From the sequence record PQ826431.1: a stretch of DNA of 64,000 bases; one strand, 5' to 3'. A program made the translations under genes and the position numbers. Each line of letters opens with the position of its first letter. The first letter of the stretch is position 1. The notes beneath the pieces are model-generated. The model saw only the letters and a program-made list of their open reading frames with translations, was not told where the DNA came from and did no database searches. Of the stretch, positions 61,951-64,000 are shown one piece after another. This DNA comes from a phage.

Positions 61951-61979
61951 TTGACAACTAACATTATTTTATGTTAGAT
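61951..61979 (+). promoter_or_regulatory. promoter (TTGACA-17-TTAGAT)
   Basis: consensus -35; upstream of tRNA-Ser. Confidence 0.5.
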
Positions 61980-61988
61980 TATAAGTAT

Positions 61989-62079
61989 GGAAGGGCAAAT
62001 CGACGTGGCGACGAAAACGGTCTTGAAAACCGCCGAGCTTGAAAGAGCCTTGGGAGTTCGACTCTCCCTCCTTCCGCCA
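61989..62079 (+). tRNA. tRNA-Ser (anticodon TGA), type II long variable arm, incl. CCA
   Basis: acceptor GGAAGGG/TCCTTCC, anticodon loop CTTGAAA, variable-arm hairpin GCTT-GAAA-GAGC, T-arm GGGAG-TTCGACT-CTCCC. Confidence 0.7.
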
Positions 62080-62084
62080 GATTA

Positions 62085-62170
62085 GGTAGATTGGTGAAAT
62101 GGTAGCCACAACAGTTTGCTAAACTGTAGTCGGAAACGGCGTGTAGGTTCGAGTCCTACATCTACCGCCA
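62085..62170 (+). tRNA. tRNA-Ser (anticodon GCT), type II, incl. CCA
   Basis: acceptor GGTAGAT/ATCTACC, anticodon stem ACAGT/ACTGT loop TTGCTAA, T-arm GTAGG-TTCGAGT-CCTAC. Confidence 0.75.
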
Positions 62171-62303
62171 AGTTCTTTTTAATATAGCTTACTTTAATAG
62201 AGTAAACTTTCAGCAGATGGCCCCCCCACCATCTTACTGATAACTCATAGTTAGTGGTGTGAACACTGGCTATTTTAAAAAGAATTTTAAATATTAGTAT
62301 TTA

Positions 62304-62391
62304 GGTGAGTTAATTCCGTAGGGGTAGCGGGGCAGACTGTAAATCTGTTATCATTGCGATTCGGGTGGTTCGACTCCATCACTCACCACCA
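62304..62391 (+). tRNA. tRNA-Tyr (anticodon GTA), type II, incl. CCA
   Basis: acceptor GGTGAGT/ACTCACC, anticodon loop CTGTAAA, long variable arm. Confidence 0.7.
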
Positions 62392-62397
62392 AATTAA

Positions 62398-62483
62398 GAT
62401 GAGTTGGCTGAATGGTTTAAGCGGCGGACTGTTAATCCGTGTTCGAAAGAACGATATAGGTTCAAATCCTATACTCATCGCCA
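62398..62483 (+). tRNA. type II (long variable arm) tRNA; manual fold gives anticodon GTT (Asn), identity uncertain
   Basis: acceptor GATGAGT/ACTCATC, 3-bp D stem, anticodon stem GCGGA/TCCGT loop CTGTTAA, variable hairpin GTTC-GAAA-GAAC, T-arm ATAGG-TTCAAAT-CCTAT. Confidence 0.5.
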
Positions 62484-62490
62484 GAATTAT

Positions 62491-62567
62491 GGACTTGTAG
62501 AGTTAAGGTAAACCCCCAGTCGCCAAGAGGCTTCTGGAATTGCAGGTATCGAATCCTGCCGAGTCCC
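62491..62567 (+). tRNA. tRNA-like element with non-canonical anticodon domain (possible pseudo-tRNA)
   Basis: acceptor GGACTTG/CGAGTCC and T-arm-like GCAGG-TATCGAAT-CCTGC present, but no 5-bp/7-nt anticodon arm. Confidence 0.3.
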
Positions 62568-62686
62568 AGAAAAGAAACAGGGTCGCTCCCTGTAAGTCGT
62601 CCAACTGAAGCCCACTGCGGTGTTCCTCCTCCCACAGTTTAACTGTGTTCTGGTCAACATCAAGCATGGTTGAAGGGGCGCAATAT

Positions 62687-62762
62687 GCTTCAATAGCTCA
62701 GTTGGTAGAGCACTTGCCTTGTAAGCATGAGGTCGTAGGTTCGAGTCCTACTTGGAGCACCA
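62687..62762 (+). tRNA. tRNA-Thr (anticodon TGT), incl. CCA
   Basis: D-arm TAGCTCAGTTGGTAGAGCA, anticodon loop CTTGTAA, T-arm GTAGG-TTCGAGT-CCTAC; one T-T mismatch in anticodon stem. Confidence 0.75.
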
Positions 62763-63037
62763 ACACAACATTAAGAGCACTGTGATTGATCGTCGTATCC
62801 TGTGCACAAGGTCTGTTCGAAAGACAGTGTTCTTAGTATTGTGTTGATCACACAAAAAGAGTCACCTGAAACTTGACCGGAGTAGGGTTGGATGGGGTAA
62901 AAGAAGAAGCGGCTCTCCCATCGACAGCAACGAAGAATAATATTTGACTTTGGTTTTGTATTATTTTAAGTTAGCTTACCGAACGTAGGGCTAGTCACCC
63001 AATGGGATACTCGTCACTGTCCCACTCAATAAAACTA

Positions 63038-63068
63038 TTGACAACCAATAGTAAAATGTAGTATAGTA
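63038..63068 (+). promoter_or_regulatory. promoter (TTGACA-17/18-TATAGT)
   Basis: consensus -35; upstream of tRNA-Gly. Confidence 0.5.
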
Positions 63069-63078
63069 AAGAGGTAGG

Positions 63079-63152
63079 GCGTTCTTGGTGTAGCGGTAGC
63101 ATTCCGTCCTTCCAAGTCGGCGGCACGAGTTCGATCCTCGTAGAACGCTCCA
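63079..63152 (+). tRNA. tRNA-Gly (anticodon TCC), incl. CCA
   Basis: acceptor GCGTTCT/AGAACGC, anticodon loop CTTCCAA, T-arm ACGAG-TTCGATC-CTCGT. Confidence 0.75.
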
Positions 63153-63250
63153 AATTATTTAATAAAGGGTTGCCAGAAAACTTTCTCTTTTACTCATGGT
63201 TTTCTCCTTCTCTCACACCTCTTCTGGTTGCCCTTCATTAAATGATTTAT

Positions 63251-63326
63251 TGGTTTGTAGTGTAGTCAGGTAGCACACGACACTTTGACTGTCGTAGGTT
63301 TGGTTCAAATCCAGACAGACCAGCCA
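63251..63326 (+). tRNA. tRNA-Gln (anticodon TTG), incl. CCA
   Basis: acceptor TGGTTTG/CAGACCA, anticodon stem CGACA/TGTCG loop CTTTGAC, T-arm TTTGG-TTCAAAT-CCAGA. Confidence 0.7.
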
Positions 63327-63331
63327 TATAA

Positions 63332-63408
63332 CGGAATTTAGCTCAGTTTGGTAGAGCATACGCTTTGGGAGCGTAGGGTCGCAGGTTCGAATCCTGCAAT
63401 TCCGACCA
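63332..63408 (+). tRNA. tRNA-Pro (anticodon TGG), incl. CCA
   Basis: acceptor CGGAATT/AATTCCG, anticodon stem TACGC/GCGTA loop TTTGGGA, T-arm GCAGG-TTCGAAT-CCTGC. Confidence 0.8.
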
Positions 63409-63414
63409 ATTTAA

Positions 63415-63488
63415 TGTTTCGTAGTTCAATGGTAGAACCCACGACTGATAATCGTGAGACACAAGTTCGATTCTTGTCGAAACAACCA
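63415..63488 (+). tRNA. tRNA-Ile (anticodon GAT), incl. CCA
   Basis: acceptor TGTTTCG/CGAAACA, anticodon stem CACGA/TCGTG loop CTGATAA, T-arm ACAAG-TTCGATT-CTTGT. Confidence 0.75.
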
Positions 63489-63490
63489 AT

Positions 63491-63560
63491 TTCCCGTTAG
63501 ACTTACAGGATAAGAGTTCCACAACTTATTGTGATGCTGGTTCGAATCCAGCACGGGATA
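63491..63560 (+). tRNA. tRNA-like element with degenerate anticodon arm (possible pseudo-tRNA); no encoded CCA
   Basis: canonical T-arm GCTGG-TTCGAAT-CCAGC and acceptor TTCCCGT/ACGGGAT but anticodon region forms CACAA-CTTA-TTGTG hairpin (4-nt loop). Confidence 0.3.
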
Positions 63561-63566
63561 CCTAAT

Positions 63567-63645
63567 AGCGGGATAGAGGAGTCTGGTCGTCCTCGCCAGT
63601 TTCATATGCTGGAGATCATTGGTTCAAATCCAATTCCCGCCTCCA
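63567..63645 (+). tRNA. tRNA-Met (anticodon CAT), second copy, incl. CCA; A1-C72 unpaired
   Basis: acceptor AGCGGGA/TCCCGCC, anticodon stem CCAGT/GCTGG loop TTCATAT, T-arm ATTGG-TTCAAAT-CCAAT. Confidence 0.65.
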
Positions 63646-63760
63646 AATATCGCTTGCCAGCGGTATCTTTGAAGACCTTGCCTGGTTCCTTCTAAGATGG
63701 AGGGGTGCGACTCCTTAACGCACAATTATAATAAAGCATTTCAAATTAACAGTATTTATT

Positions 63761-63785
63761 AGCCTCCTTATTGGAGGCTTTTTGC
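63761..63785 (+). terminator. intrinsic terminator after tRNA cluster
   Basis: hairpin AGCCTCC-ttatt-GGAGGCT + TTTTT. Confidence 0.7.
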
Positions 63786-63802
63786 TATCTATTGAATAAA
63801 AC

Positions 63803-63831
63803 TTGACTTATTATTTTTTATATGTTAAGAT
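63803..63831 (+). promoter_or_regulatory. promoter (TTGACT-17-TAAGAT)
   Basis: same class as tRNA-region promoters. Confidence 0.5.
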
Positions 63832-63852
63832 AAAGTTTAGGAGGATTTTATT

Positions 63853-64000
63853 ATGCCTAAACTAAAACGTGGTCGTGGAAGACCAACAGCCGAAATGCAA
63901 CAGATTTACGCAATGGATGCGGCGCAAGCAAGTGTAAAAGAATTATTTGCAGAGCATTATTTAGAAGCTATGCGGTATATTGTTGAACTTGTTAATGATA
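63853..64000 (+). CDS. AT-hook-containing protein, 5' partial (runs off window)
   Basis: ATG after RBS TAGGAGGATTTT; MPKLKRGRGRPT N-terminus; no stop within window. Confidence 0.5.
   Translation, partial: MPKLKRGRGRPTAEMQQIYAMDAAQASVKELFAEHYLEAMRYIVELVND

Noticed and set aside
61755-61988. Possible additional tRNA between tRNA-Arg and tRNA-Ser
   Set aside because: No acceptor/T-arm pairing could be folded; the region contains a hairpin (CCGTTC..GAACGG) and a promoter, and at most a 34-codon ORF without a convincing RBS.
63645-63760. tRNA-like sequence after the last tRNA-Met (contains GGAGGGGTGCGACTCC)
   Set aside because: No T-loop consensus and no acceptor-stem complementarity; treated as 3' trailer before the terminator.
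1-64000. CRISPR array or lysogeny module (tyrosine integrase, repressor, attachment site)
   Set aside because: No regularly spaced direct repeats with unique spacers were seen; the only recombinase is a small resolvase-type serine recombinase without adjacent att-like repeats.
1-64000. Assignment to a named phage genus (T5-like, Felix O1-like or T4-like)
   Set aside because: Gene content (tRNA cluster, Sir2, Ser/Thr phosphatase, PhoH, class Ia RNR, T4-type lysozyme and RNase H) is compatible with several groups of large virulent phages; without a database search or structural genes in the window, a specific assignment would be a guess.

Overview
This window reads as a segment of a virulent tailed-phage genome (AT-rich, no integrase or CRISPR seen), with three blocks. 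(1) 1-5300, plus strand: an array of very small genes, each with its own sigma70-like -35 TTGACA promoter and a conserved 5' stem-loop, separated by three near-identical intrinsic terminators. This is followed by a ~1.5 kb G-poor non-coding tract (5300-6780). (2) 6785-24664, plus strand: about 55 tightly packed small genes with strong Shine-Dalgarno sites, including a seven-member paralogous family and a small serine recombinase. (3) 24734-60143, minus strand: a nucleotide-metabolism and accessory block with class Ia ribonucleotide reductase (nrdA/nrdB) interrupted by a homing-endonuclease-like gene, ThyX-type thymidylate synthase, glutaredoxin, T4-type lysozyme, PhoH, rmlC-rmlD, Ser/Thr phosphatase, HslV-like peptidase, two methyltransferase-like genes, a Sir2-family gene, DNA ligase, T4 RNase H-like nuclease, DnaQ-like exonuclease, and a three-gene RNA repair cassette. 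After an AT-rich palindromic divergent region (60144-60624), the plus strand carries a cluster of about 12 canonical tRNA genes plus atypical tRNA-like elements (61603-63645). Class Ia RNR and T4-like lysozyme/RNase H suggest a Gram-negative host, but this is inference. All functional calls are from motif recognition by eye; no database search was run. Coordinates for features not in the ORF track (small ORFs, tRNAs, promoters, hairpins) were counted by hand and may be off by 1-3 nt.
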